This document shows, in pieces, positions 39,033-48,039 of a stretch of DNA of 64,000 nucleotides. Position 1 is the stretch's first letter. Every line of letters begins with the position of its first letter. The notes under the pieces are model-generated. The model made no database searches. It had not been told where the DNA came from and saw only the letters and a program-made list of their open reading frames with translations. This stretch comes from an uncultured Planctomycetia bacterium (GTDB lineage Bacteria > 4484-113 > JAGGVC01), in the NCBI GenBank assembly GCA_964388445.1, contig CAYMAI010000009.1, positions 32,807 to 96,806 on the forward strand, read 5' to 3'. A program made the translations under genes and the position numbers.

Positions 39033-40034
39033 TCAGCCGCAGGAAATAAGCGCTTCTTTTAGCTCCGGCAATCTGCCGAGACAATGCGCAAGAACGGCCG
39101 CCCTAGATGCAACACCCATGGTTACTTGTTTTCTGATTCTGCAGCGCGGGTCCAAATAAACTTCGCCCGAAATTTCGACGCCGACGTTCGCAGGTCCGGG
39201 ATGTAGTATCAACGCGTCCGGCCTAAGCTTTTTCAGCCGTGCGCCGTTCAAACCGAATTCATCGCAAAGCTCGGCGTCCGATTTGTTAAGCGAATCTTTT
39301 ATCCTTTCACGCTGTATCCGGAGCATCATTATCACATCCGCTTCCGCCAAAAGCTCATCTCTAAATTCTGCGATTGTTTCGCCTGCGCGCGCTTCTCCGG
39401 TTTCCGCAAGCGAATTTGGAACCGCAAGCGTGACTTTATGGCCGAGGAATTCCCAAAGCTCCTTATTGCTTCGCGCCACCCTCGAGTTCAATACGTCCCC
39501 GATTATTGCCAAATGTAAAGGTTTGAAAGAATCGTGATGGACGCCGGTTCCCGGTTTTTCCGCCCAGAGCGGCTTTTCCATATGTACCGTAAAGGCGTCC
39601 AGAAGCGCTTGAGTCGGATGATGCGCTATGCCCTCGCCGCCGCATATCACGGGAACTCCGCCGATTTTTTTAAGCGATTGAGCCGAGCCTTCGAGAGAAT
39701 GTCTGATTACGAAAAGGGAAGGGCGCATCGCGGCTAGCGTATGCGCCGTGTCTTCGAAGCTTTCGCCTTTGACGACGCTCGAATCCGCGGAAGTAAAAAG
39801 CACGGTTTTGGCGCCGAGAACTTTCGCCGCCGTTTCAAAGCTGATTCTCGTCCTCGTGGACGGCTCGAAAAACGCCAGGAAAATCGCCTTGTCTTCGAGC
39901 ACTTCGTTGAGCGCAGTGCCCATTATTCCCGATTTGGTTTCGGAAATCAGCTTGAAACACTTGAGCGAAATCGCCGCGATATCCTTGATTTCCGCCGCGG
40001 ACAAATCCGAGCATTCGATAACAGATTTTGGCAT
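39033..40034 (-). CDS. pyrB: Aspartate carbamoyltransferase catalytic subunit
   Basis: STRTR carbamoyl-phosphate motif (FFEPSTRTRISFE), HPTQ motif, HPGP near C-terminus (ATCase-like rather than OTCase HCLP). Confidence 0.8.
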   Translation of the reverse strand: MPKSVIECSDLSAAEIKDIAAISLKCFKLISETKSGIMGTALNEVLEDKAIFLAFFEPSTRTRISFETAAKVLGAKTVLFTSADSSVVKGESFEDTAHTLAAMRPSLFVIRHSLEGSAQSLKKIGGVPVICGGEGIAHHPTQALLDAFTVHMEKPLWAEKPGTGVHHDSFKPLHLAIIGDVLNSRVARSNKELWEFLGHKVTLAVPNSLAETGEARAGETIAEFRDELLAEADVIMMLRIQRERIKDSLNKSDAELCDEFGLNGARLKKLRPDALILHPGPANVGVEISGEVYLDPRCRIRKQVTMGVASRAAVLAHCLGRLPELKEALISCG

Positions 40035-40130
40035 CCATCCCTCGTGAACTTTGAACTCGGCGCGATATTATCACGCCGAAGGCCGCGTCTGGGATAAAAT
40101 TCGACCGCCGGCAGGCAAGCGGAGAAAAAT

Positions 40131-40733
40131 ATGGACGATTTTCTTGATAAGTTTTATTCGATAGTTACCTCCAGAAGGAGCGTACGCAAGTTCAAACCCG
40201 CCGAAGTTCCGGTTGAGAAGCTCGACAGAATCGTCGAGGCCGGTCTTTGGGCGCCTTCCGCGCTCAACATGCAACCGTGGTTCTTTCACGTGTTAACCGG
40301 CGCTCGCAGAAACGAATTTGCGATTTTATGCCGCGGAATCTGGGACAAACTTAAGCCCGCAATCGAAAAACGTTACGGCGAAGACGGCGTAAAACTTCGC
40401 GAGCCGTTTTACCGCGATTTGGGCGGCGCGCCGGTGGCCATAGCCATTTTCGCCGACAAAGACGCCGGCGATGAATATGCGTGGGTCAGCTGCGCGATGG
40501 CGGCGCAAAACATGCTGCTTGCGGCAACCGCCGAAGGACTGGGCAGCCTGTATATGGCGGCTCAACTGCTGATTAAAAACGAAGTGGCAGAGTTTTTCGC
40601 CGAAGACCGCCGTCTAATCGGTTGTTTGTTAATCGGCTATGCGGAAGACGGCGGAATAATATGGCCGCGCCGTGACAGGCGCGTCGATTGGGGCGAAATC
40701 CATTCGGAAGACGGCCATCCGGGCTGGCATTAG
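40131..40733 (+). CDS. Nitroreductase-family protein
   Basis: RRSVRKF motif and nitroreductase fold pattern. 200 aa. Confidence 0.85.
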   Translation: MDDFLDKFYSIVTSRRSVRKFKPAEVPVEKLDRIVEAGLWAPSALNMQPWFFHVLTGARRNEFAILCRGIWDKLKPAIEKRYGEDGVKLREPFYRDLGGAPVAIAIFADKDAGDEYAWVSCAMAAQNMLLAATAEGLGSLYMAAQLLIKNEVAEFFAEDRRLIGCLLIGYAEDGGIIWPRRDRRVDWGEIHSEDGHPGWH

Positions 40734-40887
40734 GAACTTTTCAAGCCGGTTTATCATCCAATCGGTGTTGCGTGAAAGAACCTGTTCGGCCGCCCGCAAT
40801 TCGATTTCCTGCGTTGGCTGGTGGTAAAGTATCCGTTTGCGGCTGCGGAAAAGTTATTGCGCTGCCGGCATTTGAGGTGATTGGCTG

Positions 40888-43764
40888 ATGGTTGACGTAA
40901 TCGGCATGATGTTCGACACGAACAAGCGCGACCTTGCGCGCATACGCGCGCTCGTGAATCCTGTCGGCGAACTCGAGCCGAAAATCAAGCAAATGTCTTC
41001 GGAAGAGATAACGGCGCGCGCCTCCGAAATTCGGGACGAAATCAGGGCGCAAATCGACAAACTGACTTTGCACCTTCGGAAAGACGACCCGAATTTCAAA
41101 TCCGAACACAAGAAGCTCGATTCGATTCTCATTAAATACCTCGTCGAAGTGTTCGCCCTCGTTCGCGAATCGTCGATTAGAACGCTGAAACTGCGCCACT
41201 ACGACGTTCAACTCATCGGCGGCGTCGTGCTTCACGAAGGCAGAATCGCCGAAATGAAAACCGGCGAGGGAAAAACGCTCGTCGCCACGCTTGCCGCAAC
41301 CCTGAACGGAATGACGGGGCTCGGCGTACATCTCGTCACGGTCAACGACTATCTTGCGCGCCGCGACGCGGAGTGGATGCGCCCGATTTACGAAATGATG
41401 GGGCTTACCGTCGGCTGCATACTGCACGGACAATCGAAAGCCGAGCGAAAGGCGGCGTACGCCTGCGACATTATTTACGGCACGAACAACGAATTCGGCT
41501 TCGACTATCTTCGCGACCACATGGTGATGCGCAAAGACGACATGGTCCAGCGCCCGCTGGTCTTCGCCATCGTGGACGAAGTGGACAGCATCCTGATCGA
41601 CGAAGCGCGGACGCCGCTCATCATCAGCGGCACGTCGAACGAAGACGTCAGCATTTATTCCCGCATTGACAGCATAATTAGACGGCTCGAAGGCAAGAAC
41701 GTGACCGGACAGGAAAAGGCAAAGGACATTTTCGAGCAAATCGAAGCCAAGAGGGCGCGCAAGGCTGCCGTTGACGAACCGGAACCCGAGTGGGATTACG
41801 AATATGACGAAAAAGGGCGAACGGTTTCATTAACCTCGCGCGGCCAGCGCCGCGTCGAAGAAATGCTCGGCATAGACAGCCTTTTCGACTTCGAGCATAA
41901 AGACGTCGCCCACGCCGTCCAGCAGGCGCTGAAGGCAAAGGCGCTTTTCAAACGCGACGTGGATTACATCGTAAAAGAAAGCCAGGTCGTAATCGTTGAC
42001 GAGTTCACGGGCAGGCTGATGTTCGGACGGCGATATTCGGACGGACTTCACCAAGCCATCGAGGCGAAGGAAGGCGTAAAAGTCGCCGGCGAAAGCCAGA
42101 CGCTTGCTTCGATTACGTTGCAGAATTATTTCAGGCTCTATCACAAACTCGCCGGCATGACCGGAACCGCGAAAACCGAAGAAGACGAATTCAAGAAGAT
42201 TTACAGCTTCGACGTCGTTTGCATTCCCACGCACATGCCGATGATTCGTAAGGACCAAAACGACGTAATTTATAAAACCGAAAAGGCGAAATACCGTGCG
42301 ATTATCGGCCAAATCAAAGAATGTCACGAAAGAAAACAGCCCGTTCTCGTCGGTACGATTTCGATAGAAAACAGCGAGCTTCTGGCGCGCATGCTCTCTT
42401 CAGAGCGCATTCCGCACGAGGTGCTTAACGCTAAATATCACGAAAAAGAAGCATACATCGTCGCGCAAGCTGGGCGTCCCGGACAAGTTACCATTGCGAC
42501 GAATATGGCGGGCCGCGGAACCGACATCGTTCTCGGCGGCAATGCGGAATTCCTGGCGAAATACGAGCTATTCCGGCGCGGCATCGACCCGTTCGACCCG
42601 GACAATTTCGGCGAAGTGCAGGAGCTTTCGAAAAAGTACGAAGACGATTGCAAAGCGGGGCGCGATACCGTCGTCCGTGCGGGCGGTGTGTATATTCTAG
42701 GCACGGAGCGTCACGAATCCCGGCGAATCGACAATCAACTGCGAGGCCGTTCCGGCCGCCAGGGCGATCCCGGCGAATCGAGATTTTTCCTTTCGCTCGA
42801 AGACGATTTGATGCGGCTTTACGGCATGGACAGGCTGACCGGAATAATGGACAGGCTGAACGTCCCGGAAGACCAGCCCATCGAAGCCGGAATCGTCACG
42901 AAAAGCATCGAGCGCGCGCAAAAGAAAGTTGAAAGCCGGAACTTCGATATCCGCCGCCACGTTCTGCAGTACGACGACGTAATGAACAAACAGCGGGCGG
43001 TCATCTATCAGGACAGAGAGAACATCCTGTCCGGCGTGGATATGCGCGAGCAAGTTTCAAGCTTTCTCGCGACCGCGATGGAAGACGTCGTTCGCGGCAA
43101 CTTACATTACACCGATCGAAATCAGGAAGTCATAGACGTCGAAGGTCTTTGGCGGGAGCTGAACCTAACCTTGCCGATTCCCGATTACTTCACGGCCGCT
43201 AGAATCGAAGGTAAAGACGCCGGAGCGCTGATTTCGGAGCTTCAGGAACTCGCCGAAGAGCTTTACGAGGCGAAAGAAGCGGAAATCGGCGTCGAAACGA
43301 TGCGCGAACTCGAACGATACCTTACTCTGCGCAGCATAGACGAGCAGTGGATCGACCACCTGAACGTGATGGACCACTTGCGCGAAGGCGTGGGTCTGCG
43401 CGGTTACGGACAGGAAGATCCGGTTGCCGTGTACGCGAAAGAAGCGTTCGACCATTTCGAAACGCTGAAAACCAGCATCCAAAAAGACGTCGTCTCGAAG
43501 ATATTCCGCGTGCGGATAATGACCCACGAAGAGGAAGAGCAAAAGAAAAGCGCCTACAACATCGCCGGTTACTCCTCTGCGGACGGCGGCACGGCGCAGC
43601 GCCAGCGGACGGTAAGGCGCAAGGAAGAAAAAGTCGGCCGCAACGACCCGTGCCCGTGCGGCAGCGGAAAGAAATACAAGCAATGCCACGGTCGCGAAGA
43701 AGCGCCGGCAGAGGCAGTTCCTATAACAGAAGTCACCGCGGGAAGGAAGAAAAAGCGGCGGTAA
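40888..43764 (+). CDS. secA: Preprotein translocase ATPase SecA
   Basis: 958 aa with DEAD motor motifs, preprotein cross-linking domain, helical scaffold and C-terminal zinc finger [14 protein letters not shown]. Confidence 0.97.
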   Translation: MVDVIGMMFDTNKRDLARIRALVNPVGELEPKIKQMSSEEITARASEIRDEIRAQIDKLTLHLRKDDPNFKSEHKKLDSILIKYLVEVFALVRESSIRTLKLRHYDVQLIGGVVLHEGRIAEMKTGEGKTLVATLAATLNGMTGLGVHLVTVNDYLARRDAEWMRPIYEMMGLTVGCILHGQSKAERKAAYACDIIYGTNNEFGFDYLRDHMVMRKDDMVQRPLVFAIVDEVDSILIDEARTPLIISGTSNEDVSIYSRIDSIIRRLEGKNVTGQEKAKDIFEQIEAKRARKAAVDEPEPEWDYEYDEKGRTVSLTSRGQRRVEEMLGIDSLFDFEHKDVAHAVQQALKAKALFKRDVDYIVKESQVVIVDEFTGRLMFGRRYSDGLHQAIEAKEGVKVAGESQTLASITLQNYFRLYHKLAGMTGTAKTEEDEFKKIYSFDVVCIPTHMPMIRKDQNDVIYKTEKAKYRAIIGQIKECHERKQPVLVGTISIENSELLARMLSSERIPHEVLNAKYHEKEAYIVAQAGRPGQVTIATNMAGRGTDIVLGGNAEFLAKYELFRRGIDPFDPDNFGEVQELSKKYEDDCKAGRDTVVRAGGVYILGTERHESRRIDNQLRGRSGRQGDPGESRFFLSLEDDLMRLYGMDRLTGIMDRLNVPEDQPIEAGIVTKSIERAQKKVESRNFDIRRHVLQYDDVMNKQRAVIYQDRENILSGVDMREQVSSFLATAMEDVVRGNLHYTDRNQEVIDVEGLWRELNLTLPIPDYFTAARIEGKDAGALISELQELAEELYEAKEAEIGVETMRELERYLTLRSIDEQWIDHLNVMDHLREGVGLRGYGQEDPVAVYAKEAFDHFETLKTSIQKDVVSKIFRVRIMTHEEEEQKKSAYNIAGYSSADGGTAQRQRTVRRKEEKVGRNDPCPCGSGKKYKQCHGREEAPAEAVPITEVTAGRKKKRR

Positions 43765-43784
43765 AGCCGTAATCGTTAAATGTG

Positions 43785-44102
43785 CTACTTATGTGCGAGC
43801 GCAGGCTTTTCGGACTCCACGGTCTGTATTTCCTTTTCTGGCTCCCTAAACTCGAACTCGAATTCAAGCGCGTCAGCAAGCTTATGCATCGTGAGAAGCG
43901 TCATATTACTGGCGCTGCCGGACATTAGTTGTGAAATCCGTCCTTTGGTAACTCCAATCCTTTTGGCAAGCTCCGAATAAGATAATCCCAGTTCCTCGCG
44001 CCGCCGCTCGCAAACTACGATGAAGTTCATCGCCGCGACTTCCGCCCGATATTCGGGCGTCCCGCGTGCTTCTTCAAAAATCTGGCCAATTCTTTTCGAC
44101 AT
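43785..44102 (-). CDS. XRE-family HTH antitoxin (HigA-like)
   Basis: MSKRIGQIFEEARGTPEY...LSYSELAKRIGVTKGRISQLMSG helix-turn-helix. Start overlaps stop of upstream toxin gene by 29 nt in +1 frame. Confidence 0.75.
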   Translation of the reverse strand: MSKRIGQIFEEARGTPEYRAEVAAMNFIVVCERRREELGLSYSELAKRIGVTKGRISQLMSGSASNMTLLTMHKLADALEFEFEFREPEKEIQTVESEKPALAHK

Positions 44103-44490
44103 AACTAAAAACCTCTCTTGCAAGCCGCTCCGCTTTCTTAACATCTTCCGGAGCCAGTTTATCCTTCTTTTTAGCGAGCCAGTGAAGGATGACGATATTT
44201 GCTCCCATCATGCAACAAAGCAGTCTTGCCTGATTTTTGCGGATTTCATAAATAGGTGGTTCCGTACCTGCAAGCTTCTTGAACAGATGTCCCGCTCGTG
44301 TTAAATCGGAAAGGCTATAACGCGCAATGCTGTCCAATGCCGCCGTTAGAACGAGCTTGCTCGGGCGCTGAATTTGGGACAACCAATCGGCGAAAGCCTC
44401 GGAGTCCCCAAAAACGTAAATTCCGCGCTCGGCGTCCGAAACCGGCAAACGCACCAATCTTGAAATGCCATTTCCTGAATTCAGGCTCAA
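44074..44490 (-). CDS. RelE/HigB-like toxin (Gp49/DUF891-type addiction module killer protein)
   Basis: 138 aa with pattern recalled for Gp49-like toxins (...KKLAGTEPPIYEIRKNQARLLCCMMGANIVILHWLAKKKDKL...). Toxin-first order typical of higBA. Confidence 0.65.
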   Translation of the reverse strand: MSLNSGNGISRLVRLPVSDAERGIYVFGDSEAFADWLSQIQRPSKLVLTAALDSIARYSLSDLTRAGHLFKKLAGTEPPIYEIRKNQARLLCCMMGANIVILHWLAKKKDKLAPEDVKKAERLAREVFSYVEKNWPDF

Positions 44491-44553
44491 TTCATTCTAC
44501 CCTGAAAAACTAAAAAAGTATAGTTTTAACTAAACCCGCGAAATTCTTCGCGA

Positions 44554-46680
44554 TTGCCGAATTATATATTATACATCCGTTCCGGCTATCTTTGCGAAAC
44601 GCCCGTTTCGCAGTATAATAGCTTCGTGCCAATACGCAGAGACGAAAAATTCAAACTCGTTTCGGATTTCAGTCCGACCGGCGACCAGCCCGAGGCCATC
44701 GACGCGCTCGCTCGCGGCCTTAATCGCGGCGACAGATTCCAAACGTTGCTCGGCGTGACGGGAAGCGGAAAGACCTTCACAATCGCGAACGTCATCGCAA
44801 AATTACAGCGCCCCACGCTGGTCGTTAGCCATAACAAAACCCTCGCCGCCCAGCTTTGCGCTGAATTCCGGGAATTTTTCCCCGATAACTGCGTGGAATA
44901 TTTCGTCAGCTACTACGATTATTATCAGCCCGAAGCCTACATTCCCTCGACGGACACCTATATCGAAAAGGATTCGGCGATAAACGAGGAAATCGACCGG
45001 CTGCGCCATTCGGCGACCGAAGCGCTTCTCACGCGACGCGACGTCATCGTCGTCGCAAGCGTGAGCTGTATCTACGGCCTCGGCAGTCCGGAGGACTACG
45101 CACGGCTCGTGGTCGAGCTTAGGCGCGGCGAAAGCTGGGAGCGCCAGAAGCTAATCCGGCGGCTCGTGGACATGCAATACATGCGCAACAGCTTCGAGCT
45201 CGTTCGCGGAACGTTCAGGTTCGTCGGCGAAACTTTGGAAATCTACAGCGCGGACAAAGAAGAAATTACCCGCGTCGAATTCTTCGGCGAAACCATAGAC
45301 CAGATATACGAAATCGACGCTACGACGAGAAAGGTGAAATCGAATCCGGAATTCACATATATTTTCCCCGCCACCCATTACGTGCTACTGCCCGAGAAGA
45401 TACAAATCGCGCTAGAAGGCATCGAAGACGAGCTTGCAAAAAGGCTTGAGTTTTTCAAGTCGCAAGAAAAAATACTCGAATATCAGCGGCTTAAAGAGCG
45501 CACGAAATACGACATAGAAATGATTAGAAACATCGGATATTGCAAGGGAATCGAAAACTATTCGAGGCATTTCGAAGGCAGAAATCCTGGCGATACGCCG
45601 AGTAACCTAATAGAGTATTTCCCGGACGATTTTTTGATGGTAATCGACGAAAGCCACGTTACGCTGCCTCAACTGCACGCGATGTATAACGGCGACCGCA
45701 GCCGCAAATCCACGCTCGTCGAATACGGGTTCCGTTTGCCCTCCGCTCTCGACAACCGTCCGCTCCGGTTCGAGGAATGGGAGGAAACGGTAAGGCAATG
45801 CGTTTTTATAACCGCCACGCCCGGCCCATACGAGCTTAAAAATTCGTCGCAAATCGCCGAGCAAATAATCCGGCCGACCGGTCTCGTCGATCCCGAAATA
45901 ACCATCGTAAGTTCTAAAAATCAAATAGACCATTTAATCGAGCAATGCCACGAAACGATTTCCCGCCGCGAGCGCGTGCTTATCACCACGCTAACGAAAA
46001 AAATGGCAGAGAATTTGTCGGAATATCTTGCTAACGCCGATTTCAAAGTTCAATATCTGCACAGCGACGTTGACACCGTGGAGCGCATAAGAATATTGAA
46101 AGACCTGCGGCTCGGCGTGTACGACATTATCGTCGGAATCAACCTACTTCGCGAAGGTCTGGATCTACCCGAAGTTTCGCTCGTCGCAATTCTCGACGCG
46201 GACAAGGAAGGCTTTTTAAGAAGCGACAAAAGCCTTATTCAAACGATGGGCAGAGCGGCGAGAAACTTGAACGGCAGAGTAGTTTTGTATGCCGACGAAG
46301 TGACGCCGTCCATGGCGCGCGCGATCGACGAAGCGAACCGCCGGCGCGCGAAACAAATCGAATACAACGAAAAGCATGGCATCACGCCGCGCAGCATCGA
46401 AAAGGCGATAAAGGCGATTTCGGACGAGCTCGAAGAAGCGAATCTCAGGGTAATAAAGAAGGCCGGGGCCGACCCGACCGACGTGCCCGGCGCGCAGCTT
46501 TCGATAGGCGAGCTGATGATGGTTATCGACGAAATCGAAGCGCAAATGTTGAAATATGCGGAAATTCTGGAATTCGAAAAAGCCGCCGAGCTCCGTGACC
46601 AAATGAAAGGCTTGCAAGCCACGCTACGAAAGAAAATCGAAACCGAAACCGGCAAAAAGGTAAGGGAAAAAGTGGGGTGA
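44554..46680 (+). CDS. uvrB: Excinuclease ABC subunit B
   Basis: Full UvrB (helicase motifs, beta-hairpin, C-terminal UvrB/C interaction helix AAELRDQM). Homology begins near EKFKLVSDFSPTGDQPEAI, so the real start is probably GTG at 44626. The TTG at 44554 lies in AT-rich promoter-like DNA. Confidence 0.93.
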   Translation: MPNYILYIRSGYLCETPVSQYNSFVPIRRDEKFKLVSDFSPTGDQPEAIDALARGLNRGDRFQTLLGVTGSGKTFTIANVIAKLQRPTLVVSHNKTLAAQLCAEFREFFPDNCVEYFVSYYDYYQPEAYIPSTDTYIEKDSAINEEIDRLRHSATEALLTRRDVIVVASVSCIYGLGSPEDYARLVVELRRGESWERQKLIRRLVDMQYMRNSFELVRGTFRFVGETLEIYSADKEEITRVEFFGETIDQIYEIDATTRKVKSNPEFTYIFPATHYVLLPEKIQIALEGIEDELAKRLEFFKSQEKILEYQRLKERTKYDIEMIRNIGYCKGIENYSRHFEGRNPGDTPSNLIEYFPDDFLMVIDESHVTLPQLHAMYNGDRSRKSTLVEYGFRLPSALDNRPLRFEEWEETVRQCVFITATPGPYELKNSSQIAEQIIRPTGLVDPEITIVSSKNQIDHLIEQCHETISRRERVLITTLTKKMAENLSEYLANADFKVQYLHSDVDTVERIRILKDLRLGVYDIIVGINLLREGLDLPEVSLVAILDADKEGFLRSDKSLIQTMGRAARNLNGRVVLYADEVTPSMARAIDEANRRRAKQIEYNEKHGITPRSIEKAIKAISDELEEANLRVIKKAGADPTDVPGAQLSIGELMMVIDEIEAQMLKYAEILEFEKAAELRDQMKGLQATLRKKIETETGKKVREKVG
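44593..44619 (+). promoter_or_regulatory. uvrB promoter -10 (TATAAT, 44614-44619) overlapped upstream by inverted repeat TGCGAAAC-GCCC-GTTTCGCA (44593-44612): candidate SOS/LexA-type operator
   Basis: Perfect 8-4-8 palindrome with GAAAC-N4-GTTTC core (one base longer per arm than the Cheo box GAAC-N4-GTTC). Lies between putative -35 (TTGCGA) and -10. uvrB is a canonical SOS gene. Confidence 0.5.
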
Positions 46681-46745
46681 GGAATTGCTCCGCATTTCGG
46701 TACGAATATTCCGGACAACATTCCTTAGGGTATAATCTAAATGTT

Positions 46746-46961
46746 ATGGCAATTCGTGAATTAATCTTTGAAGTGGTGGAAGACCCGGAATGCGGTTTTC
46801 GCGCAAGGGCACTCGGCGAAAGCATTTTCACTTTCGGCGCTACGCTTGAAGAACTGCGGACGAATGTAAAAGAGGCCGTGGAATGTCATTTTGACGAAGG
46901 CGAAGCATTCCCAAAGCTAATTCGTCTTCATTTTGTAAGAGATGAGGTAGTTTCGATTTGA
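46746..46961 (+). CDS. hicB: HicB-family antitoxin (UPF0150)
   Basis: MAIRELIFEVVEDPECGFRARALGESIFTFGATLEELRTNVKEAVECHF matches the HicB N-terminal RNase-H-like domain. Short form without DNA-binding domain. Overlaps hicA by ATGA. Confidence 0.7.
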   Translation: MAIRELIFEVVEDPECGFRARALGESIFTFGATLEELRTNVKEAVECHFDEGEAFPKLIRLHFVRDEVVSI

Positions 46962-47200
46962 AAATTCCGCGGGATGTTTCCGGCGCAGAGCTTGAAAAGG
47001 CTTTGGCAAAGCTGGAGTATGTGCGAATCAGACAAGCTGGAAGCCACGTTAGAATGAAAACTGAATTATGCGGAACACACAAAGTGACCATTCCTATGGC
47101 AAAGTCAATTCCGGTCGGCACTCTTCACGATATTTTGAAAGATGTTGCGGACCACCATAAGATTGGTCTGCCAGAATTGGTTATCTTGTTATGCATGTAG
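46958..47200 (+). CDS. hicA: HicA-family mRNA interferase toxin
   Basis: 80 aa MKIPRDVSGAELEKALAKLEYVRIRQAGSHVRMK...KVTIPMAKSIPVGTLHDILKDV, the HicA dsRBD-like pattern with catalytic His (GSH). Confidence 0.75.
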   Translation: MKIPRDVSGAELEKALAKLEYVRIRQAGSHVRMKTELCGTHKVTIPMAKSIPVGTLHDILKDVADHHKIGLPELVILLCM

Positions 47201-47216
47201 GTTTAATTGCCAATTT

Positions 47217-47245
47217 AAAAAAAGCCCCGGTGGGGGTCCGGGGCT
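47217..47245 (-). terminator. Rho-independent terminator (minus-strand orientation); may also stop hicA read-through
   Basis: 8-bp GC-rich stem AGCCCCGG/CCGGGGCT with 7-nt loop, followed on the minus strand by U7. Confidence 0.8.
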
Positions 47246-47461
47246 CATTACAGGAGTTCGACATGCCCGGCAATGCCGGGAGATGTGAATTTCGGTTTTA
47301 CAGCGGCGCTTACGGAAACTTCGATGACAATCCGCATTGTGCGCTTCCGGAAACCTCGATTTGAATTCCGCATTTTGCGCTTACGGAAGGCGGAGACTGA
47401 TTCCGGGCCGGGCGCAAGCGAAAAACGTCGCGACGTTCACGGTGCGCAAGCCGCTCTTCGC

Positions 47462-47803
47462 TTAAATGACGTATTCCTCGCAGTACATGGTCCCTTCCGG
47501 TTTTTCGTAAGTGCATTTGCCGTGGCTGTCGCAGTTCGAGCACACGCCCATTTTCGCGTCGCGAACGTCGGGTTCTTTGCCGATTAGCAGCCTCGCCGCG
47601 ATAACCGCGGTTTCGTCGCGCCTCGCTTTTGCGCCTTCCGGCTCGCTGTCGTGAAACTCGTCGCAGTACCATACCGGCGTGCGTGCCGCGGAATAATAGA
47701 GGCAGCTCGCCCTGTGGATGCAAGTCGAGCATATTCCGCTTACTTTCGAGATCGGCGCTCCGGCGATCTCCAACGTTTCGGTTTTCTTCAAAGTCAAAGT
47801 CAT
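47462..47803 (-). CDS. Small cysteine-rich protein, paralog A (twin CxxC-x5-C-xn-C modules)
   Basis: 113 aa from ATG after GAAGGAGG. GICSTCIHRASC...PVWYCDEF and GVCSNCDSHGKC...PEGTMYCEEY. Clear paralog of 50623-50955. Confidence 0.65.
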   Translation of the reverse strand: MTLTLKKTETLEIAGAPISKVSGICSTCIHRASCLYYSAARTPVWYCDEFHDSEPEGAKARRDETAVIAARLLIGKEPDVRDAKMGVCSNCDSHGKCTYEKPEGTMYCEEYVI

Positions 47804-47892
47804 CTCAAAATCCTCCTTCGCGATATCCATCGCGGGTAAGTTCAAACCGGCGGACGAATTCCTCGTTCGTCGTGCAGATTATTCCCCGCGAA

Positions 47893-47990
47893 AAATCGAT
47901 GCACAATGGGATTTCTACTAAGTTTGCGCCTAGAAATATCCCTATGGGAATTTCCCTAAAACCGCGTTTGCGAGTCTAGGGGATTTTCGG
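47893..47990 (-). promoter_or_regulatory. Conserved promoter/operator block upstream of Cys-rich paralog A with three AAATCCC-containing motifs
   Basis: Minus-strand sense: GAAAATCCCCTAG ... GGGAAATTCCCATAGGGATATTTC ... GAAATCCCATTG, then GGAATAAT (-10-like), then identical SD-start GGAGGATTTTGAGATG as paralog B. Confidence 0.6.
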
Positions 47991-48039
47991 CGCGCAATTC
48001 CGCCCGTTTATCCGGCGGAAATCTCGAGTTGCAGTGCGC

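Noticed and set aside
40741-41739. 332-aa minus-strand ORF
   Set aside because: Lies entirely antisense inside secA. Composition is Arg/Ala-rich, typical of GC-driven antisense frames. No RBS or homology.
47273-47587. 104-aa plus-strand ORF
   Set aside because: Overlaps the Cys-rich paralog A gene antisense and the repeat-containing 3' region. No RBS.
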